Assembly: GCA_964646465.1 (NCBI GenBank)
Contig: CAZYEN010000029.1
Location: 2,670-66,669, forward strand
DNA: 64,000 bases
Reading direction: 5' to 3'
Source: an uncultured Candidatus Saccharibacteria bacterium
GTDB lineage: Bacteria > Patescibacteriota > Minisyncoccia > SW-4-49-11
Shown here: positions 47,752-57,909 of the stretch, piece after piece
Numbering within the stretch: the stretch's first letter is position 1
Layout of the letters: every line of letters starts with the position of its first letter
Position numbers and translations under genes: made by a program
The notes under the pieces: model-generated
What the model was told of the DNA's origin: nothing
Databases searched by the model: none
What the model saw: only the letters and a program-made list of their open reading frames with translations

Positions 47752-47814
47752 TTGTAAATATATTCAATATGGTATAAACTAAATATAGTTTAGAAATTAC
47801 ACTTTTATTTAAAT

Positions 47815-48876
47815 ATGAACATCATAGAATTTAAGGCTGAGTTTCAGTCCGTATTAGCCCAAGCTATTAAATCAAAATTTACAGAATATAGTCAGTATAC
47901 TGATGATCAGGAGATTTTAGAGATAATTAATTATGCTAAATCTATTATAGGTGGAGGAAAATGTATTCGACCTTATATGGCATATATCTTGTATGAAACC
48001 TTGGGATGTGATAACAAAGAGGTTGTTATGGATTTATTAGTATCTTTAGAAATCTTCCATTCCTTTGCATTGATACATGATGATGTAATTGATGAAGGCA
48101 AAATGCGTCATAAGGTAGAAACTTTACACACTTTTGTATCAAAAAGGATACAATATAATCATAGGACTTTTGCACACAGAATCCATTATGGCCATTCTCA
48201 GGCTATCTTGGTAGGTGATTTATTATTCTCGTGGTCCATTAGTAGATTTCATCAATTTAGTCACTTACCTTATTATAATGAAGCTTGTAAAATTTTTCAT
48301 ACAATGATAGATGAGGTGGCTATAGGACAGATGATAGATGTTAATGTTATGACTAGAGATGCAATTAGTTCTCAATTGATAGAAACTAAAATGCGACTCA
48401 AAACAGCAGGATATACTTTTGTAAGGCCAATGCAGATAGGCGTTGCACTGGCAGGTAAGGAAAAAGAACTAACCCAGTTTTGTGTGGACTTTGGGATAGC
48501 TTTGGGCTTGGCCTTTCAAACTCAAGATGATATTTTGGATGTTATTGCTGATCCGAAAATAATTAAGAAATCAGTTCTATCAGATATAAGAGAGCATCAA
48601 CATACTTTTTTAACACAATATGTGCTTGAAAATGGTAAAAACTCAGACATTGTAGAATTAGAAAAATATTGGGGAAAATCTGAATTAAATGACAGTGATC
48701 AGTTCCATATTGTTAAACTTTTCGAAAAAACTGGAGCATTATCTTATGCTAGATCTAAAGTCGCAGAATATCTAGATCAAGCTAAACAGATTACCTTAAA
48801 GGAAAAAAATATTACTGATAAAACTAAACTGGTATTAAATCAATTAATAAAGTATATCGAAGATAGAGGTTATTAA
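47815..48876 (+). CDS. Polyprenyl diphosphate synthase (trans-isoprenyl transferase)
   Basis: FARM LIHDDVIDEGKMR and SARM FQTQDDILDV. Confidence 0.85.
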   Translation: MNIIEFKAEFQSVLAQAIKSKFTEYSQYTDDQEILEIINYAKSIIGGGKCIRPYMAYILYETLGCDNKEVVMDLLVSLEIFHSFALIHDDVIDEGKMRHKVETLHTFVSKRIQYNHRTFAHRIHYGHSQAILVGDLLFSWSISRFHQFSHLPYYNEACKIFHTMIDEVAIGQMIDVNVMTRDAISSQLIETKMRLKTAGYTFVRPMQIGVALAGKEKELTQFCVDFGIALGLAFQTQDDILDVIADPKIIKKSVLSDIREHQHTFLTQYVLENGKNSDIVELEKYWGKSELNDSDQFHIVKLFEKTGALSYARSKVAEYLDQAKQITLKEKNITDKTKLVLNQLIKYIEDRGY

Positions 48877-48880
48877 GAAT

Positions 48881-49741
48881 ATGGATAAATATACTCAATC
48901 AGTAGAATCTATCACCAAGCAATTTGGAACAAGCTATTATTTTGCAACCAGATTTTTACCCATTGATTTGAGAGAGGCGACCTATGCTTTATATAGTTTT
49001 TTTCGTATTCCAGATGAGATTGTGGATAATTCCATTCACGAAAAAGAAGATTATATCTTAGCGGAACTAGAAGATTGGGAAGAAATGTGGTATAAAGCGT
49101 ATAAGGGGGAAACAACAATATATCCAATTTTAAACTTAACGAATCAAGTTTTTAAGCAATATAATATACCTTATCAGTATAGTCTAGATTTTCTAAAAGC
49201 TATGAAACAGGATGTTTATACTACAAGATATGATACATATAAGGATTTGAAAAATTATATGCATGGTTCCGCCTCAGTTGTTGGTTTAATGATGAGTTAT
49301 GTCATAGGGTTTAACAATGAAAGAGCTTTATATTATGCTTCATACTTAGGTGAAGCTATGCAACTTACTAACTTCATTAGGGATATAGGAGAAGATTATA
49401 AAGAAAGAGGTCGAATTTATTTACCTCAAGAAGATATGAATAAGTATAGTGTAAAAGAAATAGATATTAAAGATAATAAAGTTACTGATAATTTTATTGA
49501 ATTAATAAAATTTGAAATTAAGAGAGCAAGAAGTTTATATAGAAAATCTGATAAAGGTATTAAATATCTCAATAAAAGAGGTAGATTTGCTGTTATAATG
49601 GCAAGTCGTATGTATGAAGCTATTTTAGATAAAGTAGAGCAAAATAATTATAATGTTTTAACTAGAAGAGCAAGAACTTCTAAAAGAGAAAAAATATATA
49701 TATTGGGTAAATCAGCTTTAGAATATGGATTTCAAGGCTGA
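48881..49741 (+). CDS. Squalene/phytoene synthase family protein (CrtB/CrtM/HpnD-like)
   Basis: Asp-rich motifs YSFFRIPDEIVD and NFIRDIGEDYKERGRIYLP. Confidence 0.8.
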   Translation: MDKYTQSVESITKQFGTSYYFATRFLPIDLREATYALYSFFRIPDEIVDNSIHEKEDYILAELEDWEEMWYKAYKGETTIYPILNLTNQVFKQYNIPYQYSLDFLKAMKQDVYTTRYDTYKDLKNYMHGSASVVGLMMSYVIGFNNERALYYASYLGEAMQLTNFIRDIGEDYKERGRIYLPQEDMNKYSVKEIDIKDNKVTDNFIELIKFEIKRARSLYRKSDKGIKYLNKRGRFAVIMASRMYEAILDKVEQNNYNVLTRRARTSKREKIYILGKSALEYGFQG

Positions 49742-49807
49742 AGCTTTTGTATTTGAATATACTTAATATATATGATATAATTGATTTAATACTAAATAAT
49801 AAGTAAT

Positions 49808-50881
49808 ATGGCAAAGAATAAATCCAAATCTACAGACAAGATTAGTAAGAATGATAAAATACAATCAGTATTAGAAGATATAAAAAGTAAATTCGGAGAT
49901 GAGTCAATGATGAAATTGGGAGATGTCAAAAAAGTTGACATTAAAGCTTATTCAACTGGATCTATTTCTCTTGATAGAGCTCTTGGAATTGGCGGAATGC
50001 CACAAGGAAGAATTATAGAAATTTATGGGCCAGAATCCAGTGGTAAAACCACTATTTGTTTGCAAGTAATTGCTAATGCCCAAAAAGAAGGAGGAGTGGC
50101 TGCTTTTATAGATACAGAACATGCTTTGGATCCAGAATATGCAAAAAAATTAAAAGTTAATACGGATGATCTTTTGATTTCTCAGCCTAATACAGGAGAG
50201 GAAGCTTTATCTATTGTAGAGGCTTTGGTGCATTCAGGGAATGTAGATATTATTGTATTAGACTCAGTTGCTGCTATTGTTCCTAAAGCAGAAATTGAGG
50301 GTGATATGGGAGACTCACATGTAGCAATTCAGGCCAGATTAATGTCCCAGGCTCTTCGTAAGTTAACAGCTATTTCAGCTAAAGCTAATACTACAATTAT
50401 TTTTACCAATCAAACTCGTATGAAAATTGGAATGATGGGATATGGTAGTCCAGTTGAAACTCCAGGTGGTAAAGCTTTAAAATTTTATGCTTCAGTTAGA
50501 ATAGAAATTAAAAGAGTAGCTCAGATTAAGAAAGGAGAAGAGGTTATTGGAGCTAGAACTAAAGCTAAAATTGTTAAGAATAAAGTTGCTGCACCATTCA
50601 AGGTTGCAGAATTTGATATTATGTATAATGAGGGAGTCTCTCTTGAGACAGATTTAATTAATTTGGCACTTAAAGTGGGTGTTCTTAAGAAAAAAGGTAC
50701 ATATATTCAAGATTTAGAAGGTAATACTTTAGGTCAAGGTTTAGAATCAGCTAGAAAAGCCTTAAGAGATAATCCGGAGTTATTACAGCAAGTATATGCT
50801 GATGTATTAGCTAAGGAAGATGCTAATATTGATAGTATAGATACGGTTGATAGTGTCATTGCTAATTCTGTGGAAGAGTAA
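49808..50881 (+). CDS. recA: Recombinase RecA
   Basis: Walker [10 protein letters not shown], conserved throughout. Confidence 0.95.
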   Translation: MAKNKSKSTDKISKNDKIQSVLEDIKSKFGDESMMKLGDVKKVDIKAYSTGSISLDRALGIGGMPQGRIIEIYGPESSGKTTICLQVIANAQKEGGVAAFIDTEHALDPEYAKKLKVNTDDLLISQPNTGEEALSIVEALVHSGNVDIIVLDSVAAIVPKAEIEGDMGDSHVAIQARLMSQALRKLTAISAKANTTIIFTNQTRMKIGMMGYGSPVETPGGKALKFYASVRIEIKRVAQIKKGEEVIGARTKAKIVKNKVAAPFKVAEFDIMYNEGVSLETDLINLALKVGVLKKKGTYIQDLEGNTLGQGLESARKALRDNPELLQQVYADVLAKEDANIDSIDTVDSVIANSVEE

Positions 50882-50883
50882 AT

Positions 50884-51642
50884 ATGGCTTATACCTTAGT
50901 GTTAATGCGACATGGAGAGAGTGTTTGGAATCAGCTAGATAAATTTACTGGTTGGACTGATGTTGAATTATCTACTAAAGGTATTCAAGAAGCGAAAACA
51001 GCTGGGGTAATGTTGCTACAAAATGGTTTTGAATTTGATATAGCTTATACTTCTATGTTAGATAGAGCTATAGATACATTACAATATGCATTAGAAGGAG
51101 CCCATATGACCTGGATACCTGTCGTTAAGGACTGGCATCTCAACGAAAGACATTATGGCGGTTTGCAGGGTAAAAATAAAGCTGAATCTATAGATGAATT
51201 TGGAGAGTATCAGGTAAAAGTGTGGAGAAGAGCATTTGCTATTAAACCTCCATTATTATCTGAGTATGATTCTAGATATCCTGCTAATGATGAGAGATAC
51301 ATTGATATCCCAGCTGAACAACTTCCTATTGGAGAGTCTCTCAAGGATACTTTAGATAGAGTTCAGCCATATTGGGAATCAGAGTTAAAACCAGCTATTT
51401 TATCTGGCAAAAGGTTAGTTATTTCAGCTCACGGTAATAGTTTAAGAGCTCTGTTGAAATTTTTAGAAAATATTTCAGATAATAAAATTATTGATATAGA
51501 AATACCAACTGGAAATCCATTGATTTATGAATTAGAAGAACATACATTAAAAGTTTTAAAGAAATATTACTTAATAGATATAAAAAATAAAAGTAATAAA
51601 AATATATTTAGTAAATTGAAATCTATTTTTAAATTAACTTAA
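50884..51642 (+). CDS. gpmA: 2,3-bisphosphoglycerate-dependent phosphoglycerate mutase
   Basis: LMRHGESVWN ... ERHYG, the histidine phosphatase signature of dPGM. Confidence 0.85.
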   Translation: MAYTLVLMRHGESVWNQLDKFTGWTDVELSTKGIQEAKTAGVMLLQNGFEFDIAYTSMLDRAIDTLQYALEGAHMTWIPVVKDWHLNERHYGGLQGKNKAESIDEFGEYQVKVWRRAFAIKPPLLSEYDSRYPANDERYIDIPAEQLPIGESLKDTLDRVQPYWESELKPAILSGKRLVISAHGNSLRALLKFLENISDNKIIDIEIPTGNPLIYELEEHTLKVLKKYYLIDIKNKSNKNIFSKLKSIFKLT

Positions 51643-51645
51643 ATT

Positions 51646-52323
51646 ATGTCAAAGATTATTTTAGTAAGACATGGTGATAGTCAATGGGATCAAGAAAATA
51701 GATTTATAGGTTGGGTAGATGTTCCGTTATTGGAAAGGAAAGATTTACTTAAGAATATAGGTAACGTATTATTAAATAATAATACGGATATAGATGTTGT
51801 TATAACATCAACATTAGAAAGATCAATTGTAAGTGCTTGGACTATTATGAATAGTATGTATCATTCTTGGATAACAGAAATACATGATTGGCGACTAAAC
51901 CCAAGACATTATGGAATAATACAGGGCTTAACCTATCAAGAGGCTATTTTAAAATACCCTAATATTAATGAGATTAATTTGAGTTGGGATCAAACGGTAA
52001 ACCCAATTGCATTAGATGATAAAAATCATCCCAGGTATGATAGGAGGTATTCTAATGTAGAACCAGAAAAATTACCTTCAGTTGAAAGTTTAAAAGATGT
52101 TTATTCAAGGGTAGAGACTTTCATTACAGATGTCTTATTGCCAATCTTGGCTAAAAATGAGAATATTTTAATTGTTGCTCATCATGATAGTATTCGTTCT
52201 ATATTAAAATATTTTCAAAAATTATCGATTGAGGATACTATTGCATTTAATATTAATCCTTCTCATTCTATAGTATTAGAGTATGATGCTAATACAGGAA
52301 TATCAACTCAATCTCTCTTATAA
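51646..52323 (+). CDS. Histidine-phosphatase (dPGM-family) paralog
   Basis: LVRHGDSQWD ... PRHYG. It is a tandem paralog of gpmA with a shortened C-terminus. Confidence 0.75.
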   Translation: MSKIILVRHGDSQWDQENRFIGWVDVPLLERKDLLKNIGNVLLNNNTDIDVVITSTLERSIVSAWTIMNSMYHSWITEIHDWRLNPRHYGIIQGLTYQEAILKYPNINEINLSWDQTVNPIALDDKNHPRYDRRYSNVEPEKLPSVESLKDVYSRVETFITDVLLPILAKNENILIVAHHDSIRSILKYFQKLSIEDTIAFNINPSHSIVLEYDANTGISTQSLL

Positions 52324-52345
52324 ATATAATTAAATTATTGAGTAT

Positions 52346-55315
52346 ATGTATAATCATAGAATTATTGAACAGAAATGGGTTCAAAAGTGGTCCGAGGGAT
52401 TTGTAGATTACACAATTAATCCTCAAACATCTGAGGATAAAAAATATATTTTAGTTGAATTCCCTTTCCCTTCAGGAGCTGGACTTCATGTAGGACATAT
52501 CAGAAGTTATGTAGCTCAGGACATTAAAGCTAGAATATATAGAATGCAAGGAAATCAGGTGTTATATCCCATAGGTTGGGATGCTTTTGGTTTGCCAACA
52601 GAAAATTATGCTATTAAAAATAATATATCCCCAGCAGTAGCAACAGCAGATAATATAAAGAATTTTAAAAAACAATTAGCAGTCCTAGGGTTGTCTTTTG
52701 ATTGGAGTCGTGAAATCAATACCACTGACCCTAAATATTATAAATGGACTCAATGGATTTGGCTACAAATGTTTAAGTCAGGCCTTGCCTATCAAGATAC
52801 CACTCAAGTTTGGTGGTGTGAAGAATTAAAGACTGTCTTAGCTAATGAAGAGGTGATTGATGGTAAATCAGAGCGGGGAGGACATCCTTGTATTAGAGTT
52901 CCACTTCGGCAATGGATGTTAGCTATTACTAAGTATGCAGATAGATTAGACCGAGATTTAGAAAAAGTAGATTATTTACCAATTATCAAAACTCAACAAA
53001 GAAATTGGATAGGACGTAGTGAGGGGTTTGAGTTAAAATTTCAAGTTCAAGATATAGATCAGAATATAGAAATATTCACCACTAGAATCGATACTATTTT
53101 TGGAGTGACTTTTTTAGTTTTAGCTCCGGAACATCCACTTTTAGATAAAATTGTAAAAGCAGAATATAAGAATCAAGTTAAAGAGTATCAAGAGCAAACA
53201 AAATCTAAAAGTGATCTTGACAGACAACAAAGTAAAGATAAAACCGGGGTATTTACTGGAGCTTATGCTATACATCCACTAACAGAAGAACTAATCCCAA
53301 TTTGGATAGCTGATTATGTATTGGCAAGTTATGGTACAGGGGCTATAATGGCGGTCCCTGCCCACGATGAGAGAGATCAGGAATTTGCCAAAGAGTTTGG
53401 ATTATCTATTAAGCAGGTAGTTGCTCAATATACTACTCTTACAGGGCAAGATGCTCCAAAGAGTGATGAAAATATTGTGGAATTTGATGCTGCAACGGTA
53501 ATTATTAAACATTGGGTAGAAGAGTTATATTATGTCGTTCAATTTAGTAATAAAGCACAAGGTTTTGTTGGGGGGCATGTTGAATTAGGTGAGACAACAG
53601 AACAAACCGCAATTCGTGAGACGGCAGAAGAATCTGGATATATAGATATTAAAAATATTGAGCAGCTTATAGCACATGCATATGGCCGTGGATATAAGCC
53701 ACGTAAATCAAGAGAGGAATTATGCCATGATTCTCTTTACTTAATACATTTGAAAAGTGGTGAGAGGGTTGATGTTAATGATCATGAGATTAAAAATGGT
53801 GACTGGCTGAGTGCAGAAGAAATTGTAAGATCACAATTATTTTCTGATGGACACCGTTTATTTTTTGAATATTATCTCAATCAAAAACCATTTACAGGGT
53901 ATGGAAAACTTGTTAACTCAGGAGAATTTGATGGACTATTTTCAGAAGAGGCAAAGAAATCTATTATTACAATATTAGAAGAGCAAAATATCGGACACAG
54001 AAAAGTCCAATATAAACTTCGTGATTGGGTTTTCTCCAGACAAAGATATTGGGGAGAACCATTTCCTATTGTTTGGATAATTGAAGAGCATTATAAAAAA
54101 ATATCAGGAGAGATTGCTAGATTTTTACCTAGTCAAGCAGTAACTAGAGAAATAGAGGGGGTATTGCAGTATGCTGTCCCAATTGCAGTTTCAGATTTGC
54201 CATTAGAATTACCAGAAGTAGATTCTTATGTCCCTCAAGGATTAGGTGAAAGCCCATTAGCTCAAGCTACAGATTGGTTAGAAGTTTGGTATAATGTCCA
54301 AACTGGCCAAGCCATATCCAGGCAAAATCACAAGCCAGATAGTAATTGGGTAGAAGCCTTACGAGAAACCGATACAATGCCTAATTGGGCAGGAAGTTCT
54401 TGGTATTATCTTAGATATATTGATCCTAATAATGATGAGAAATTAGCTGACCCAGAATTATTAAAAAATTGGCTACCAGTATACTTATATAATGGAGGAA
54501 TGGAGCATGTTACATTACATCTATTATATTCAAGATTTTGGCATAAATTTTTATATGATATTGGAGTAGTCCATACCATAGAACCATATCAGACCAGAAT
54601 TAAGCACGGTATGATTTTAGCTGAAGGTGGTGTAAAAATGTCCAAGTCCAAAGGGAATACTGTTGACCCGATTGAAATGGTAGAGTCATTTGGAGCAGAT
54701 TCTCTGAGAGTTTATGAAATGTTTATGGGGCCTTATGATGAAGCCATAGCTTGGGACACTAAAGGTTTAATTGGATGTAGTCGCTTTTTAAAAAGAATCT
54801 ATCAATGGGTAAATGATATGAAAGAGCAAAAATTACAACCCAATAATGATAAAGCTAATCTAGACTATGAGACACATTCATTAATCAAGAAAATTACTCA
54901 AGATATAGATAATCAGAAATATAATACTTGTGTTAGTAGTTTGATGGAATATCTTAATTTATACAATACTCAAGATATAGGTATAGATAATATTAAAATA
55001 TATATTAAATTATTAGCTCCATTTGCCCCACATTTAACAGAAGAATTATGGGAAATAGTAGGGGAGAAGAATACAGTACATAAGTCCATATGGCCAATTT
55101 ATGATGATACTAAATTAGTCCAAAGCCAGTTAGATTATCAAATCCATATCAATGGTAAAATGCGAGATATCATCACAGTATCGAATGCATCCAACGAGGA
55201 AGAAATTCAAATACAAGCCCTCAACTCAGACAAAGTAAAACATATTCTGTCAGACAATATTCCAAAAAAAATTATAATAAATCAAGATAAACAAATAGTA
55301 ATAATTATTGTATAG
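52346..55315 (+). CDS. leuS: Leucyl-tRNA synthetase with a ~155-aa MutT-like Nudix domain inserted after the CP1 editing domain
   Basis: HVGH, the CP1 region TTRIDT...GTGAIMAVPAHDERD and KMSKS are all present. Between GLSIKQVV and LVNSGEFDGL there is an extra segment with the Nudix box GGHVELGETTEQTAIRETAEESGY. Confidence 0.9.
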   Translation: MYNHRIIEQKWVQKWSEGFVDYTINPQTSEDKKYILVEFPFPSGAGLHVGHIRSYVAQDIKARIYRMQGNQVLYPIGWDAFGLPTENYAIKNNISPAVATADNIKNFKKQLAVLGLSFDWSREINTTDPKYYKWTQWIWLQMFKSGLAYQDTTQVWWCEELKTVLANEEVIDGKSERGGHPCIRVPLRQWMLAITKYADRLDRDLEKVDYLPIIKTQQRNWIGRSEGFELKFQVQDIDQNIEIFTTRIDTIFGVTFLVLAPEHPLLDKIVKAEYKNQVKEYQEQTKSKSDLDRQQSKDKTGVFTGAYAIHPLTEELIPIWIADYVLASYGTGAIMAVPAHDERDQEFAKEFGLSIKQVVAQYTTLTGQDAPKSDENIVEFDAATVIIKHWVEELYYVVQFSNKAQGFVGGHVELGETTEQTAIRETAEESGYIDIKNIEQLIAHAYGRGYKPRKSREELCHDSLYLIHLKSGERVDVNDHEIKNGDWLSAEEIVRSQLFSDGHRLFFEYYLNQKPFTGYGKLVNSGEFDGLFSEEAKKSIITILEEQNIGHRKVQYKLRDWVFSRQRYWGEPFPIVWIIEEHYKKISGEIARFLPSQAVTREIEGVLQYAVPIAVSDLPLELPEVDSYVPQGLGESPLAQATDWLEVWYNVQTGQAISRQNHKPDSNWVEALRETDTMPNWAGSSWYYLRYIDPNNDEKLADPELLKNWLPVYLYNGGMEHVTLHLLYSRFWHKFLYDIGVVHTIEPYQTRIKHGMILAEGGVKMSKSKGNTVDPIEMVESFGADSLRVYEMFMGPYDEAIAWDTKGLIGCSRFLKRIYQWVNDMKEQKLQPNNDKANLDYETHSLIKKITQDIDNQKYNTCVSSLMEYLNLYNTQDIGIDNIKIYIKLLAPFAPHLTEELWEIVGEKNTVHKSIWPIYDDTKLVQSQLDYQIHINGKMRDIITVSNASNEEEIQIQALNSDKVKHILSDNIPKKIIINQDKQIVIIIV

Positions 55316-55482
55316 TAGAGTTTGGCCTAAAATTTTACCCTCTTTAAGGGTTTTTTACCTCGATAGAAGAGATGATTTTAGTTAACTGAAATTTATTTCA
55401 CTACGATATGGATATAATTTTTATAGCTTAGGGTTTATTCTCCTCCATACATATATTTAAAGCACCCACTTCCAAGCTAAAT

Positions 55483-57102
55483 TTAACTCTTATATCCCTT
55501 ACGAATATATTCTAGTACCATGCGATGAGTATTATAATAGCTTCCAATTAAAGATATAGCTGATCTTTGCATTTTGCTAAATTTATCTCTATCATTATAA
55601 AATACATCAATGGCATTATTAATATTGTCATACATACTATTAATCTCCTGATACTCATCACTGCCGGCAATTGTCCATCCATTGACATTATGTATCCCAC
55701 TTTCTGGCCACCAACCATCATAGGTTGAAATATTCAAAACTCCATTTAAGGAGGCTTTCATACCACTTGTACCAGAGGCTTCATAGCAAATTCTTGGAGT
55801 ATTCAGCCAAACATCAACTCCGCTAACTAATAGTTTTGACATCTCCATACTATAATTTGGTAGATAAATTATTTTTAGATATTCATTATTATACTCTTTC
55901 GCAATAGATAATATTCTTTTAATGATGTCTGCACCTACTAAATCTGTATGATAGGCTTTACCGGCAAATATAATGTTAATCCCTTTATACTTTTCAGCTA
56001 AACTAACTAATCTTTCAATATCTGAAAAAATTAAATGAGCCCTTTTATATTCAGTTGCTCTTCTAGCAAATCCGATAGTAAATGCATTGGGTAGAAAATC
56101 TATATTTGTCTGTTGTATTAGATAATTAGCTAGATTATCTTTATTAATTTGATGGGCTTGTTTTATATCTTCAGCTGGAATTCCTTCTACATATCTTAAT
56201 ATCTCAGGATGCATTTGCCAACTGGGAAAATATGATTGTAAAACCTGATTGATTGAACTCGAAACCCAAGTAGGGCTATGAATGCCATTGGTAACATAGT
56301 CAATTTTATGTTCAGGAAACATGGCAGAAGAAACCTCTTGATGTTTGGCTGATACAGCATTGGAATAGTCTGCTAAAGACAGAGCTAATCTAGTTAAATT
56401 AATTGTATCTTCAGCTTCAAAAGCTTCTTTTGGTATATTTTGTAATTGCTCTGGCTTACATATATTCCTTAGCCATTCTATTGGTAATCTAGTATGTCCC
56501 CCAATTAGAGGTGTGTGTGTGGTAAAGACAACCTGTGCTGTTGGATGGTCTATTTCTAAAGCAATTAAAGCACTATGACTTTCATTTAGATGAAATGTAT
56601 GTATTTCTGTACATCCAAGGATATTGAGAGCATATTTACTACCAAGTCCTAATACTAATAATTGTCTTCTGAAAATTTCTGAATCGGGGGAATAAACTTT
56701 ATCTGATACGGCTCTGAATTCAGCTGAGTTTTCTTCTAAGTCAGTATCTAGGAGAAGAATAGAAATTGATTTATTGGATAGGGGAGAAGTATATATAAAT
56801 TCCCAGATGTTGACCTTAACTATTTCATTGGCAAGGGGTATGGTGGTTTTTCCAATTAAATTTAGGAGTTTAATATAATCCCATTCTTGGGGATGAGCAA
56901 TTTGTCCATCCATATCATCTAGAGTCTGATCTAGATACCCGTGTTTATATAGTATACCAACTCCTACTACAGGTAAACCTAGATCAGCATAGCTTTTTAT
57001 TGTATCTCCTGCTAGTATGCCAAGTCCTCCGGTGTATAATTTTATATCATCAGATAGCCCAAATTCCATACAAATATAGGCAGTTTTTGGTGTATAATTC
57101 AT
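55483..57102 (-). CDS. glgP: Alpha-glucan phosphorylase (GT35, short GlgP-type)
   Basis: The N-terminal YICMEFGL...GGLGILAGD and the PLP-Lys region EASGTSGMK. Confidence 0.85.
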   Translation of the reverse strand: MNYTPKTAYICMEFGLSDDIKLYTGGLGILAGDTIKSYADLGLPVVGVGILYKHGYLDQTLDDMDGQIAHPQEWDYIKLLNLIGKTTIPLANEIVKVNIWEFIYTSPLSNKSISILLLDTDLEENSAEFRAVSDKVYSPDSEIFRRQLLVLGLGSKYALNILGCTEIHTFHLNESHSALIALEIDHPTAQVVFTTHTPLIGGHTRLPIEWLRNICKPEQLQNIPKEAFEAEDTINLTRLALSLADYSNAVSAKHQEVSSAMFPEHKIDYVTNGIHSPTWVSSSINQVLQSYFPSWQMHPEILRYVEGIPAEDIKQAHQINKDNLANYLIQQTNIDFLPNAFTIGFARRATEYKRAHLIFSDIERLVSLAEKYKGINIIFAGKAYHTDLVGADIIKRILSIAKEYNNEYLKIIYLPNYSMEMSKLLVSGVDVWLNTPRICYEASGTSGMKASLNGVLNISTYDGWWPESGIHNVNGWTIAGSDEYQEINSMYDNINNAIDVFYNDRDKFSKMQRSAISLIGSYYNTHRMVLEYIRKGYKS

Positions 57103-57149
57103 TTTTATTAATCTTTATATGTTATTTACTAAGTATAACATATTATTGA

Positions 57150-57176
57150 AAAATAAAAAATCCCCAATTTGGGGAA
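57150..57176 (-). terminator. Intrinsic terminator downstream of rpmA (uccccaaauugggga plus a U-run)
   Basis: The hairpin and T-run are seen on the minus strand. Confidence 0.5.
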
Positions 57177-57206
57177 TATTTTATTACAGTATAAAGAAGA
57201 TTATAT

Positions 57207-57479
57207 TTAGACTACGGAAACAGTTTTAACTATTTTTCTCTTTCCAGTAAAAGATGTCTTTTTAGTGTCTTTAAATGCAATCACTCCATTGGCTACAGAA
57301 TACAAAGTATCATCAGCTCCTTTCGCTACATTTAGTCCAGGATGAAACTTGGTTCCTCTTTGTCTAATAATAATTTGTCCTTTCTCTACTTTTTGTCCAG
57401 CGTATAGTTTAACTCCAAGGTATTTTGGATTTGAATCTCGTCCTAAAGTTGTAGATCCACCAGCTTTTCTATGTGCCAT
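57207..57479 (-). CDS. rpmA: 50S ribosomal protein L27
   Basis: [24 protein letters not shown]...[13 protein letters not shown]. The start was trimmed to the conserved MAH. Confidence 0.9.
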   Translation of the reverse strand: MAHRKAGGSTTLGRDSNPKYLGVKLYAGQKVEKGQIIIRQRGTKFHPGLNVAKGADDTLYSVANGVIAFKDTKKTSFTGKRKIVKTVSVV

Positions 57480-57516
57480 ATCGAATATTATTACTATATA
57501 TGATATAATAATACAT

Positions 57517-57909
57517 ATGAAACATAAATTTGTCAAGAAGATTGAAGTCTTTTTACTAGCTATGTCAGCTATATTAATAGGTGGCAGCGCTTATCTTATT
57601 GGGAATATGAATGCTCTTGAATCGAATCTAAGTGAAATCCAGATAGTTTATCCAGGTTCCATTGTTACTCAACCTGATACGACAATTAAGGGAATTAAGT
57701 CAAATCAAACTATAACTAAACCTATTGATAATACTGTATCTACCATAGATACGGGTAAAATAGTTGCTAGTAAAAATGGTAAAAGATATTATTATCCAAA
57801 TTGTGGCGGGATTAATAGAATTAAATCAGAAAATCGTATATACTTTGATACAAAGGAGCAGGCAGAAGCTAAGGGCTTGACTCTTGCTTCAGGATGTAAA
57901 GCACTATGA
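57517..57909 (+). CDS. Membrane-anchored or secreted small protein with a Cys-containing C-terminal domain
   Basis: The start was set at MKHKF because the upstream part of the track ORF overlaps rpmA. An N-terminal TM helix is present. The C-terminal YYYPNCGG...[15 protein letters not shown] motif was not confidently assigned. Confidence 0.45.
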   Translation: MKHKFVKKIEVFLLAMSAILIGGSAYLIGNMNALESNLSEIQIVYPGSIVTQPDTTIKGIKSNQTITKPIDNTVSTIDTGKIVASKNGKRYYYPNCGGINRIKSENRIYFDTKEQAEAKGLTLASGCKAL

